A stretch of 63,717 nucleotides of DNA, filler included, from Parasitella parasitica NRRL 2501 (Eukaryota > Fungi > Mucoromycota), in assembly GCA_025201805.1 (NCBI GenBank). It is 7 parts of 7 records of this genome, joined end to end, with 100 filler letters (N's around TTAATTAATTAA, not from the genome) between each part and the next. Parts side by side here need not be neighbours in the genome. Positions count along the whole stretch, not along the records: positions 1 to 28,726 come from MU619271.1; positions 28,827 to 39,767 come from MU619270.1; 5 more parts are not named here. The stretch is one strand, 5' to 3'. The notes below the pieces were generated by a model. The model was not told where the DNA came from. It worked only from the letters and a program-made list of their open reading frames with translations, and did no database searches. Of this stretch, positions 26,901-39,250 are shown in pieces. A program made the position numbers and the translations under genes. How positions within the stretch are numbered: the stretch's first letter is position 1; every line of letters begins with the position of its first letter.

Positions 26901-27796
26901 GATGATCTGCATTCCACTTCTAGATTCATCCAGTTACCTTAAATTGATATAAACTACATATGCGCACAGATAATANNNNNNNNNNNNNNNNNNNNNNNNN
27001 NNNNNNNNNNNNNNNNNNNNNNNNNNNNNNNNNNNNNNNNNNNNNNNNNNNNNNNNNNNNNNNNNNNNNNNNNNNNNNNNNNNNNNNNNNNNNNNNNNNN
27101 NNNNNNNNNNNNNNNNNNNNNNNNNNNNNNNNNNNNNNNNNNNNNNNNNNNNNNNNNNNNNNNNNNNNNNNNNNNNNNNNNNNNNNNNNNNNNNNNNNNN
27201 NNNNNNNNNNNNNNNNNNNNNNNNNNNNNNNNNNNNNNNNNNNNNNNNNNNNNNNNNNNNNNNNNNNNNNNNNNNNNNNNNNNNNNNNNNNNNNNNNNNN
27301 NNNNNNNNNNNNNNNNNNNNNNNNNNNNNNNNNNNNNNNNNNNNNNNNNNNNNNNNNNNNNNNNNNNNNNNNNNNNNNNNNNNNNNNNNNNNNNNNNNNN
27401 NNNNNNNNNNNNNNNNNNNNNNNNNNNNNNNNNNNNNNNNNNNNNNNNNNNNNNNNNNNNNNNNNNNNNNNNNNNNNNNNNNNNNNNNNNNNNNNNNNNN
27501 NNNNNNNNNNNNNNNNNNNNNNNNNNNNNNNNNNNNNNNNNNNNNNNNNNNNNNNNNNNNNNNNNNNNNNNNNNNNNNNNNNNNNNNNNNNNNNNNNNNN
27601 NNNNNNNNNNNNNNNNNNNNNNNNNNNNNNNNNNNNNNNNNNNNNNNNNNNNNNNNNNNNNNNNNNNNNNNNNNNNNNNNNNNNNNNNNNNNNNNNNNNN
27701 NNNNNNNNNNNNNNNNNNNNNNNNNNNNNNNNNNNNNNNNNNNNNNNNNNNNNNNNNNNNNNNNNNNNNNNNNNNNNNNNNNNNNNNNNNNNNNNC

Positions 27797-28007
27797 TGTT
27801 AAGGATATGATGTTGCTTGCAAATTATTCTTATCGATTAGTATCGACTAGTATTTTAAATAAGTCACCAAAAATTTATGTTGTTGTAAAAAGTATAAATA
27901 GCAGATGCAAAGTTGAATCTTTAAAAAAGTAATCACAAGTTTTCGTATCTCGTTAATTCAACGTTTTACATTATACTTTTCTTATTTCGATCTTGCAGAT
28001 CTCAACA
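27797..28007 (+). mobile_element. 3' half of LTR-like repeat, family B
   Basis: Similar to 40449-40629 and 40929-41055. Contains TATAAATAGCAG and ends ...AGATCTCAACA. Confidence 0.6.
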
Positions 28008-28726
28008 TCCTTGTAAAACTAACCCTTCGAAAATTGCGCGAGGCAGTGTTTGTTCAACGCAAACATCCGGCGAAGAGCTCCCCTACTAACTGAGTAGCCG
28101 TATGCTCCCAATTTTTGATCATAGGGTTTAGGGGAAGATCTACCGCTCGTGTTCTGTCTGCTGGCTGAAAAAACTCCCGGAAAATGTTTGTAGGCTTTGC
28201 CAGGAAACTTGTGGCTCGCAGATAGAACTGATGTTAGTAAATGCACTTAAGTAAACGGACACCACTATTACTAGTTGGGGTTTACTACAAAGAACAATTC
28301 AACTTGTTCCACTCCTGGCGTTAGCTAGATAGCGCGTTTGGTCCTCCATGTTGGCAAATGTGGGCGTAAAGTACCCTTTGCAGCTGGTGCCTTGAGAGTT
28401 CTGGGGGCCGCAATCAGATTTGCACTCACCTTCTCGCGGTTGATTGTGTTAGTATTGTGGTACATGTACTATAAGAACCAAGAGGTGCATAGTTTTGTAA
28501 CTTTATTTTGTTGTATGTACATTAATAAATAATGTATTTTTTTTACTCTAAAAACATATCGATATGAATAGCCCAAAAAACAAACTCTACTTATTGTCTA
28601 TGTGTAGACCTGCTTGATTTGTTCAAAGCTTTCACTATTGCGGCCTCTTTTATTCTTTTCTCCGCAGCTCCTTTTATCCTGTCTTCTTCATTTACGAACA
28701 ACGTCTTTTTTTTTTTTTTTTTTTTT

Positions 28727-28826
28727 NNNNNNNNNNNNNNNNNNNNNNNNNNNNNNNNNNNNNNNNNNNNTTAATTAATTAANNNNNNNNNNNNNNNNNN
28801 NNNNNNNNNNNNNNNNNNNNNNNNNN
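28727..28826. other. Artificial contig spacer (also 39768-39867, 48172-48271, 51957-52056, 58564-58663, 61853-61952)
   Basis: N44-TTAATTAATTAA-N44 is a six-frame stop linker totalling 100 bp. Confidence 0.95.
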
Positions 28827-29187
28827 TGTTGCCAAATAGCGCCAAGTCAATGCTAAGTTTTCCAAGTTAGAACTCGGTTCTACTGTCATTTTAGCAGAAG
28901 TTATGAGAAAATATCTGATATTTCTGATAAATATTGAAAAATAAAACTGGGTTTGCAGATAACTTTTGATAGAGACATTGCCCAGTGGAACCCAAGTGAT
29001 GCTCATATAGCGATGATCATGCCTGTTCTTATGGCGCATGAGGCAGTGTTTATTTGGCTCTTTATCTAAGCCTATCATCGATTATATGCAATTCTGATAT
29101 GAAAATTTGTGATATCATCTGATAACTTTATAGATAGCAATGGAAACATGGATGTCAATGTTGTTGCCAAATAGCGCCAAGTCAATG
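28827..29187 (+). repeat. ~335-bp tandem repeat (more than one unit, running into a contig gap)
   Basis: TGTTGCCAAATAGCGCCAAGTCAATG occurs at 28827 and again at about 29162. Confidence 0.85.
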
Positions 29188-29619
29188 TGTTGTATCCATA
29201 TAAAAGCTACCTATTTCATATCTAACTTAATCATAATGCACGGATCACGATATTAATTGTTGATAATTTTTTTACAAATAAGGAATAAGCTACAAGTTCT
29301 AATAGGACTGATTTGTCAATTTCCCAACCGGAAGTCAAACTCAAGTAAACTCATTCTTGAAAACAATTCAGGAACATATCCCAATGGATCATGTTCCTTA
29401 TTTATAACTCAACATAACAATGTTCATGGACAATAGATACGATCTGTCGTTCCATTCTCTAGATCACACCATGTCTCACACTTGTATCTTATCCTCAAAT
29501 CAGTCCACTTAGATTCAGTAGTATATAAACCATCATTTTTTTCATGTAATAAACGAGATCTTTATCTCTGATTAATTCACAACTGTTTTATTTGAATAAT
29601 TTCTCATTCTGATAAATCA
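29188..29619 (-). mobile_element. Full-length solo LTR-like element, family A (432 bp)
   Basis: On the minus strand it starts TGATTTATCAG and ends GGATACAACA (TG...CA), with an internal TATA-like box. Partial copies lie at 23160, 30381 and 58664. Confidence 0.65.
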
Positions 29620-30380
29620 TGGACCTCTTGCAAGGTTCCAGGCTTATTCAATGAATACATCTAGATCAGATCGCGGGATGTCGGGAAGACATCCTACCCA
29701 ATCTTCTCTTTAATGTAAAATAGAAAGATAGGTCTGTCCTGGAAATGCTGTGATTTAATAAGGTTTGACACTTCTTGTCAAACATCAGATGTTATGTGGA
29801 TAAACATTGATTGGGATATATTTTAGTATAAATAGAGATCATATCTTGTGTCAATAAAAGTCTTCAGTTTTGTATCTGGTTTTATTCAGAAAAGTCTTAT
29901 TACTTTATACAAATCATATTTTACATAACATTACGCTGCGCCCTTTGACACTGGCACAACAAGTACTTCCCACAAAAAAGTAATTGAATGCCATCTCTTA
30001 CGGAGCTACCTTAGAGATTCAAAATCAAGCTAATATGTTGTGCCAGTGTCAAAGGGCGCAGCGTAATGTTATGTAAATTATGATTTGTATAAAGTAATAA
30101 GACTTTTTCTGAATAAAAACAGATACAAAACTGCAGACTTTTATTGAGACATAAGATATGATCTTTATTTATACTAAAATATATCCCAATCAATGTTTAT
30201 CCACATAACATCTGATGTTTGACAAGAAGTGTCAAACCTTATTAAATCACAGCATTTCCAGGACAGACCTATCTTTCTATTTTACATTAAAGAGAAGATT
30301 GGGTAGAATGTCTTCCCGACATCCCGCGATCTGATCTAGATGTATTCTTTGAATAAGCCTGGAACCTTGCAAGAGGTCCA
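29620..30380. mobile_element. Foldback MITE with ~342-bp near-perfect terminal inverted repeats (MULE-like ends GGACC...GGTCC)
   Basis: 29620-29961 is the reverse complement of 30036-30380 with few mismatches. The spacer is about 74 bp and there is no coding capacity. Confidence 0.9.
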
Positions 30381-30496
30381 ATTACAACTCGTAGCTTACT
30401 CCTTATTTGTAAAAGAATTACCAAAAATTAATATCATGCTCCGTGCATTATGACTAAGTTAGATATGACATATGTAGCCTTTATATGGATACAACA
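30381..30496 (+). mobile_element. 3' end of LTR-like family A
   Basis: Diverged reverse complement of 29188-29303; ends GGATACAACA. Confidence 0.65.
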
Positions 30497-31744
30497 TAAT
30501 AAACAGATTATCTAAATATCTAATCGTGAAACCGCGAAGCATTTATAATCGATTGAGAACCAACTAAAAGAAATCGAACCACGAACCACATTTGGAACGC
30601 ATAGACCAATGTAAGGACTGGTCCATGCATGTCATTTACAAATGTGTCAGAAACATCGATATTAGAATACCGTACTTGATCATGTAAAATCGAATACAGA
30701 AAAACTTGACAGACAATTACGGCGTAACTGACAGACAGACCGTTTACAACAACGAATATAAATAGAGTAGAAATGTCTAACCTTTGCACGATATCCTATT
30801 TCAAAGTAAAGAAGGAATTAAATTGTATCTATTGATGTTTTTACACTTTTCTACACCACGTAAATAGAGTTTGGGGTGTAATCAAGCGGCGGGCGCAATC
30901 ACCAATTATATGTATAAGGATAGAAGAATAACATATGAAGAATAAAGTATAAAATGGATAAAAGATAATATAAAATAGAAGAAAAACTATGCGAAAAGAA
31001 AGTATTCAGAGAGAGAGCCTATAAAAAAGCATGAACTTGATCTTCGTCGATCATCTAGGAGATGTCGGGTCGGATACTGTTCATTACGGCAGCGGTTTCA
31101 AAAGCCTTAAAGACAAACCGATAGTGAGCCCTCCAAATGTAAGCCAGAGTAATCATGACTATGAGATGAGAGGGTGCCCAGGATTTTTGACTATATCGGA
31201 TGTTGTAAAAGTTATTAGAATGATGAATCTCTTCTATGAAAACTGCAAAATTGAAAAACAGTAAGTGAAATAACTTGCACTCTTTCGAGTCGGTACATTG
31301 TTCTCCAATTATTTTTAAATGAACTGCTAAGCAACTATGCTATATGTCATATGATATGGTCATTATACATTACTGAATATTACGAAGTATATTCCATGTC
31401 CTTTAACCGATATATCTACATGCCCGAATCTATATACATTATCATACCCGTCTCTTATAATTATCAGGGTCAATTAATATAAATATCCATTCTCATCATA
31501 TCAATAAATCTTTATCCTATTTACAATAATTCTTCTATAGTAAACCCTCAAAGTGTTACAGCAACTTTTTTGCGATGCAGCTGTTAACATTGATCTGATA
31601 GTAAATCGACTTAAACTAACTTGCAAGTTGAAAATTTTTATGTAAACAATAATTTTTCTTTTTTAGCCCAAAGACTGTAGAATAAGTAACTGATCATTTT
31701 AAAAAGTGAGCAGTGTAATGTAATAAAATATCCGGAGAATAACT

Positions 31745-32976
31745 CTAGCTTGCAAATATTTTACGAAGAGCTTTGGTTGTCATGTCAATAACTATCAAAG
31801 TTTCTTCAGAATGAAGCATGGGAATAGACATAAATCCATGAATTACACCGTTAATGCGCACCGAGGTAACAGGGACATTTGCTTGCAGCAATTTGACGCC
31901 ATACGATTCACCCTCTATTATATTTTCTTTGAATTGAGCAATATTGATCTGAACTATAAGCATTTGTAATCAACTCACCATCACGAAGAACATCAGCCTC
32001 ACCAGTAACAAGCAAAGCAGGAGGTACGCCTGCAACCTCTTTCACAGTGGCTTTACCAGGGCAAAGAAGAATGTTATCCTTATCTTCTTCAGTCTTATAA
32101 TTGTTATAGAACAATCTGATGAGACTATTTGACAAGTAATAACCTTCTCCAAACTTTTTGTACGACTCTGTTGCAAAATTATCATTTGTTGCAGGATAAT
32201 ATAGGATCTGGTACTTGATACTGTTTACTAGATTGTTTCTTTTTTTGGCAAGGACTGATAAAATGATGCCATTTGAATATATATTCTTAAAGTACAGCAA
32301 TAATAAGAAAAACTTACTAGTGATAGCAGCCGTTAGATTACCACCTGCACTGTCTCCTCCCACAGCAACACGAGTAGGATCAACTTTAAGTTTTGCAGCA
32401 AGGTCTGGAGTAGTGGCATGAGACACAACGGTATAACATTCTTCTAAAGCAACAGGAAACCTGACCTCAGGACTGAGAGAATAGTTTACTAAAAGTACAG
32501 CGCAGTTTGCTTCACCAGCCAACTAGATTATTAAAAGTGTATCATTGTTAGTAGGTTTTTAATATTCATTACTTATGCAATAGATACATACATACCTTTT
32601 TAGCTAAATAAGGATGAGCACCTTGAGCAGCAACACCCCAGCCACCACCAGGCCTTCAAATGTTGAATAACGTTAGATAACATGACTTATTCGTTACTAT
32701 TCCAAGAACTTACAAATAAATCAATGCAGGCAATACGGCATCTCTAGCCTGTCTAGGTCTGTAAACGTCGACTGAAATGGGATGGCCATCAGTGTCAAGA
32801 GGAATCTTGATATTTTCAACAATGACATCTGGTCTTGGAATGTCATCGCTTAAAGGAGCCTTAGGACTATTACGAACATCCTCGATGGTAAGCTTGCTGT
32901 AATCAATATCAGGAGGCACATAAGACAAAAAGACTTTGGAACTGTGATTCAAGAAGCTTGTATCGGCAGGAGACAT
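31745..32976 (-). CDS. Alpha/beta hydrolase fold-3 (HSL-family) esterase/lipase, 5 exons
   Basis: Spliced LIYLPGGGW, NYSLSPEVRFP, nucleophile motif GDSAGGNL, EADVLRD and HGF. Confidence 0.93.
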
Positions 32977-33905
32977 GGTGAGAGAATAATTCTTTGTTAA
33001 CGAGAAAATAAAAAAATGTAATGCAAAAAGTCTATTGCTTTTTATACTTTATCCTACCGCGTGTACAACATCGTGTATACAAATTGAATGTATACGACTC
33101 AGTTAGCTGTTCATTGCAGTATATTTTACATGTGCTTCATTTACGTATATATTTCCTAAATAATAATATATAACAGTATTGGATATGTTAACCATCGATA
33201 GTAAATGTGTTCAATTAAAAGAAATCTACGTTTATGATAGCGTAATAATGTCTAGTATTTATGTTTTTTCTCAAGGTGTGTAACAGCCCATTGAATTAGC
33301 ATAATCACAAATTGAATTGTTATAGGTTGCTTTTCACACGTATAGGTAGTAATGGCAAGGCAACGGAAAATAATCAGGAACAATGTAGATTCACGGAGAT
33401 ATATTCTACCAGCATTAACTCTTGCTAATCTTGGCGGAAAAGCCTATTTGAAATCAATGATGCTGTAGTAGAAGAAAGCAAATCAACCTCAATCGCACAA
33501 TATCTCGGTGATGGCTGCAAGTTACATCTCGATCAAATCAAATTACTCGTCAGTTATACGAGATTCAAATGTGATTGGACAAATGTGGGCTAATATAGGC
33601 TGCGAAACCCAAGGTGCTAGTTCAGATTCAACATCTACGTCACTCTGTTGTTGTGTATCATTGGTCAAGTTTTTATGGCAGTTGTAAAAAAAAATAACGA
33701 AGGGGTCTCTCTCTCTCTTTCTATTTCTTCCTTTTTTTTTCATTATATCAAGAGCGGAAAAAGTTTTTTATTTGATCCTCCTACAATATTTTTTTTTTCA
33801 AGTAAAAATTTTTTTCAAATTTTCAAATACAAAACCAGCCTTTTTCAATCTACTATATCTTGCAAAAGAGTTGCTTTAAAGAAACAAGAAAAGAATTAAC
33901 ATCCC

Positions 33906-35320
33906 ATGGAGAACACGCATATTAAAACTGAAGAACCCTCCGTGACTTCCTCAGATGAGACTGCCACTGTTGCTGCTACTTCATCCATCGACAATACCAT
34001 AGCCGTGACTAGTAGTAGTCCCACATCAACATCGTCAGCCTTTCAACCATATCAACAACTTCATGAAGCAGTGTTGGCAGCAGTGAACAGCAACACAACT
34101 CTTTCGAGCAGTCTTTTTTCCGCCGCTGTGGTCGCCGCAGCCACCAATAACAATGTCCCTATTCATTCTCACACACCCGAACTGCAGCAACTTGAGCAAC
34201 ATTCGCAGATGACCATGTCAAACCCTCCTACGGTTCGCCGCGCCCCTCAAGAGATGGATCAAGCTAAAAGGGAGAGTATCCGTGCCTCGAACAGAGAGAG
34301 GAAGAAGAAATGGCGTATCCATAATGAAGAGAGAAGTAAGTATCTGAGAAACAATTTTTTTTTTTTTTGGTCACAGGTAATATTGACCGAACCCCCTTCA
34401 TTCTTCTTGTATTAGACAAGGACAATGATTTGAGATGCAGAGTTAATAAAAGGGCCCACAAGTTGTATGGTCTTCAGGAATCAGCAGCCAAGCAGCAATG
34501 GGTTCAGGAAGAATTTGAAAAGCGCCGCCAGAAGCGTATGGATAAGGAAAGAAGGAAACATCTTGTTAATAATGTTTTGAGTGTACCAGGCGCATCTAAT
34601 ACTGAAGGGCACCATGCCGCATCCAACGATGATAGCCACAGCGCAGATGGAAGCAACCATAATGACGCAAGCACTGTCTCCATGTTGAATAGTGTAAATG
34701 CCAATCAGATACAAAACTTTTACACACCGTTACCACAAATTGATACTGCCACGGCTGCCAAATTACTGGATTTCCCAACCGATTTGCAACGCCAATTATT
34801 AGAGCAATTAAATAATAGTATGATGGTAAGGAATTGGTATTTGTCTAATTGGGATAAGTTATTCATGCTTAGGTTGATTGGAGTATAGGCTCTTACAAAT
34901 GGTATCCAACCTCCTGAAGCCGCTGCTGATCAAGGGAATGATGACAACAATAATGATGAAGCTTCTGGGTCATCAGACATGGTGTACGATAGCCAGCAAG
35001 CAGCAGCTGTAGCAGCAGCCAATGAAGCCCTCCAGCAAGTCATTGCTCAGGGCCTCTCCACCAACACCACCAGTGCAACGAGCAGCGGCCACAATTCACC
35101 ATTGCAATACACAGCAACAACATCTACCGCAAATGACACGATAGAAAACGAAGAAGCCAAAGCTGACCCCATGGATATTTCAGCAGAAGGAGCTGAGGTC
35201 AAGGCAGAAGGAACTGAGGATGAAAATGCCCAAGAGGAGAGTGGTGAAGAAAAGAAACCCGAATATCCTATGGATGCTGTCCTTACATTGATGCAGTTAA
35301 ACGCAGGATGGAGACAGTAA
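33906..35320 (+). CDS. DUF3020-domain protein (putative nuclear regulator), 3 exons
   Basis: NRERKKKWR..NEERNKDNDLRCRVNKRAHKLYG..KQQWVQEEFEKRR matches the fungal DUF3020 pattern. Confidence 0.82.
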
Positions 35321-35757
35321 TTCAGTTGATTCTCGCGTTTATCCCTGTTCTCCCCTCTTTCATATATTTTTTCCTCATATTTCTATAATTCACATATAAA
35401 AAACAACAATATAATTTTGCCTTCTTTCTTATCATTTACAATTTTACAATAAAAAAATCTACATGGAAAAGAAGAAAATAGGCTCATTTATCGTTTTAAA
35501 GGATTTACACTAAGCTTTTTATCAACGCAACTCTATTTCTTTTTACAATGGTCTTGTTCCTTTATCATTTGTGACCATATAACAATTTTTGATTTGAAAA
35601 ACACCTTACTTTTGAAAGGATGCTTACCTATTGACATTCGGGACTGATTGGCGGGCAGCCGTTCTCTCTCGATGTCACAAACACTTTTAAGAAATTATAA
35701 CGACTAAACACCGTTCCTCTATTTCTTTCGTTGCAAACATCTTTTGGGCTGAAGAAT

Positions 35758-36414
35758 ATGAGGACAACGCTTTACGTCTCTGGTTTTAATCCAAAAACTC
35801 GCGCAAGAAATCTAGCTTATGAATTTGAAAGGTTTAAACTTGTAAATTATTCCATATTGAAAACTAGCTAAAAAAATAAAAAATAAAAAAACCACTAGGT
35901 ATGGCCGCCTTGTTCGATTAGATATACCTGCACCAAAAACCTACAGCTCCAAACCGTAATACATTTTCTTCTCCTTCATGCAACAAAAACAAGATATATT
36001 GACATGATAAATATTTATTTAGCTACGCTTTTGTTGAATTTGAAGAAAACCGAGATGCCGATGATGCCTATCAGGAATTAAACGGTAGAGCAATTGACGG
36101 TTATACCTTGAGCATACAAGTAAAAAAGTAGATGATTTACATGTCTGCTCATTAAATAACTTTCTGTTTTCGTTTAGTGGGCCAGATCAAATTTAGCGAA
36201 TCCCCACAGATCTCAACATCCTCCTCCCCATCACCACCAAAAATCATACAGCAGAGCCAGTCGATCTCGGAGCCCATACCGACGAGAGCGATCTGCCTCA
36301 CCTTTGCCCCCAAGATACAACAATATTGATCCTCCTCGTCGACTACGTTCAAGATCTCGTTCGCCAGCAAATTATCAAAGACGTCGTTCGTTTTCTCGTA
36401 GTCCTCCCATTTGA
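35758..36414 (+). CDS. SR-family splicing factor (one RRM plus RS domain), 4 exons; not in ORF track
   Basis: Spliced translation MRTTLYVSGF..LAYEFERYGRLVRLDIPAP..KPYAFVEFE..RDADDAY..IQWAR...RSRSPYRR..RSRSRSP..SRSPPI*. Confidence 0.9.
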
Positions 36415-36712
36415 GATTAGGGTTTATACGTGTCTGCTACAAAACAAATAATTTTTTAAAAAAAAAGAAAAAAAAAAGCATGTTTATTAAGTAATAAGAA
36501 GAAGCCTACAAAAGAATAGTGTAAAAAGGGCCTTTATTATATAATATAGTACAAAATTGTGAATGAATAAAACGCAATGATTGAAAAATGTTTAGGTGCT
36601 GTATGTTGTGTATTGCAAATGCCAAATAAAAAAAAAACAAAAACAAAAAAATCAAGCATTATTATCCATTCGCAATCAGGGTTGCATTTCTGCTTTTGTC
36701 TAATCCATTTTA

Positions 36713-36995
36713 TTACAATTGTTTGCTTAAACGAGCCAAATGATAATTGATCGTGTTGGTGTGCTTGGTTTTTTGTATCTATAATGAGAATGTTAGTACA
36801 ACATCTCACAAATGAAAATTTAATAGCATTTACAGGCTTGCCCATGCATCCAGTCAAAGATTTGGCAATGGCTGTACATCGCTTGTCATCGACACCAGCA
36901 GTAGCCCAACATTCAAATAATGCCCCCATTTCTGCAATGCAAGGGCTTGCTTCAATAATCTTCTTGGGTCTAACTTTGAGTTGCTTCAACTTCAT
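36713..36995 (-). CDS. MRP10: Mitochondrial small ribosomal subunit protein mS37 (twin CX9C), 2 exons
   Basis: MKLKQLKVRPKK..SPCIAEMGALFECW..RCTAIAKSLTGCM|..NTINYHLARL. Confidence 0.88.
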
Positions 36996-37567
36996 GTCGA
37001 TTGATAAAAACAATAAACAACAAAAATGTTGTCTAGTGAACAGGGCCAAACGCTTTGAGGGCCGGGATGTCTATTTGAAAACGGTCACTGGCACCACTGT
37101 TGCTAACGATCGCTCAATAGATCCTTACCATCGCCATTGACTTGAATACCTCTGGGAATCGAAGCTTGTATTGTTAATTAGTATTGCATTCTTTGTTAAT
37201 CTAGTAGCCCAAATATTCATTTGTAACCTAGATTATCATCAAACTTTTGAAGTATACAAATCACGGATTATTTTTTAAAATCTGGTTAAAAACCAATCCA
37301 AACAAGAGCTTCCCACTTGATATGTTTTTGTCCAAGAATATATAGTTGTCCATAGTATAAGCAAGTAAAAAATATAAGACTGAAAAGATGCTTACTAGAT
37401 TTTATTACAAAACACAACTAGAGATCAACAACAATTAATTGTCATTTCCTTCATTTTGTTCCAATCTCCCCTAAAGAAAAAGGAGTTTTCGGCATAATGA
37501 AAGGAAAAGATTATAAATAAAGGCTTCTATCATTTTCTAATTCATTTTCATTTTCAATAATTATAAA

Positions 37568-37780
37568 ATGAGGTTATTAAGCTCGATTATATCTCTTTCT
37601 GTCATGGTTTTGGCTATCCATTTAATATCGGTGAACGCTACTTATTGTTTCGAAGCACAAAGCGGCTGTGATAGAAGCGGTTCGATACCTTGTTGTAAAG
37701 GACTTCAATGTCACCGTGACAAACGAATATGTGTGCCGTATGATCAAGTTGTTCCCCCAAGCTCTTACTCCAAACATTAA
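37568..37780 (+). CDS. Small secreted cysteine-knot (ICK/knottin-like) peptide
   Basis: Signal peptide of about 24 aa ending VNA, then C-x6-C-x7-CC-x4-C-x6-C. TATAAATA lies about 55 bp upstream and the start context is AAAATG. Confidence 0.8.
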   Translation: MRLLSSIISLSVMVLAIHLISVNATYCFEAQSGCDRSGSIPCCKGLQCHRDKRICVPYDQVVPPSSYSKH

Positions 37781-37899
37781 AGGTGGACTTCAAGTATAAT
37801 GTTAACGGCGCTGCAGTACAGCTAATAAATTTTGTTTGTTTTGAAAAAATAAATGGCAATTTGGGCTCTAGGTTAATATATTTTTTCGAAATTTGCTTG

Positions 37900-39250
37900 C
37901 TCCGGAAGTCAGGCACTGTGAAGCAACAGATAAATGAAGAGATATTGGGACGAGAGGTGCTGGGGCAGGAATAGCCACATGAATAATAACAAGCATTTGA
38001 ATTGTAGCAGGAGGCGTAAATATAGCGGCAGCAAATTGCAGTACTAGCGTTGGCGCTGTCGTTTTTGCTGTTGTTGCTGCTGGTGCTCGCTGCAAGCACT
38101 TGTGTTTGAGACGTTAACAATTGCTGCTTTGCCGCCAAAAGATGCTGGCTTTCTGCTAGTTGAGTTAAGATAAAGCGCAGGTAATTATCAGGCGCCGAGG
38201 AAGCAGGCAGTTGTTGGTTTTTTGTAATAAAATGTTGCAGAAATGGGAATTAAGTGTTCAAGTATTGCTGCACGCGCAAGGTTTATCCATAAAGAGATCC
38301 TGGTTGGATGGGCATGTCGCTTTGAGCACTAACAATGTGGGCACAAGAGGTTTGTAGTCCTTCAACCTGTTAGACTGTGGTTGGTTGACAACAGTGTAGG
38401 CTCTTCTTTAAACGATTTGAAATTGGCACTGATAAACGGATTGCCAACCTGTATCTTCTTGGCTTAACGAGGTAGTGTCTTCCCTGTATTGAATAAAAAT
38501 TGCTGCATCTTGCAATAGCACTCGTCGCGAACGTACCAAAAAAATCAAGAACCGAAGTGTCCTCCGAGTTATGAGTTATTCCCCTGGGGGATCCCTCGCT
38601 CTTTTCCTTAAGGACTGTGTTGGTTATCTTGCAGATCTTCATAACATTATTATAAGTCCTGGTACACTCCATGCTGTTTGGCCCCTAAATTCTGAAGCAA
38701 AAACTCACATTGCATTGATAACCGTGGCAAACTCGATTCCCTCTGGCTCTCTGTATTATGACTCTAGGCAAGACAATATTATTATCAAACGTTAAAGTAG
38801 CAGTGTGATTAAGCGTAATCGGTCCCTAATTAGGGTTGGAGGCGGCCTCTCATTGAGCAATGCTGGCGATAGCAAGATCATTTATGCTCAAATTGGACCG
38901 GAAACAGCCAAAGAGTATAGAAAAGGCCAGCTAAGATTTCATAAATACCAGCTTAACTCGTGACAATGAGTGGCCTTCGCCCAAAGATATCAATGGTCTT
39001 TGGGCGACTATCCAAGATTAAGGTTATCGTATTCTTTATGAACAGATGCTCGCGAATCCCGGTAGGGCTGCTCATTGTATCATAAGAGATTCAAGCAAGC
39101 CAGAAAGGCCGCTCAAGATACGGAAGTCTCCTTAGTTATCTAACTGAAAGGCCAGTATTCTAGAGCTAGACTTCATTTATCTTCGACACATATGTTTCTT
39201 CCTTCAGTGAGACACTATTGATCCATCTTCAGATCGCTCTATCTTCCTTT
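37900..39250 (-). pseudogene. Possible decayed Crypton-like (tyrosine-recombinase/NDC10-II) element
   Basis: Stop-interrupted frames give LAFSILFGCFRSNLSINDL, TFDNN..RGNRVCHG..FCFR, NFYSIQGRHYLVKPR and QDLFM..FPFLQHF, then a Q/A/P-rich linker. Weak, ordered resemblance to Crypton motifs. Confidence 0.3.

Noticed and set aside
28771-28782. Recurrent palindrome TTAATTAATTAA inside N runs (six places)
   Set aside because: Artificial six-frame-stop linker used to join contigs. It is not biological, and linkage across these points (e.g. Helentron to CACTA or to the tRNA) cannot be claimed.
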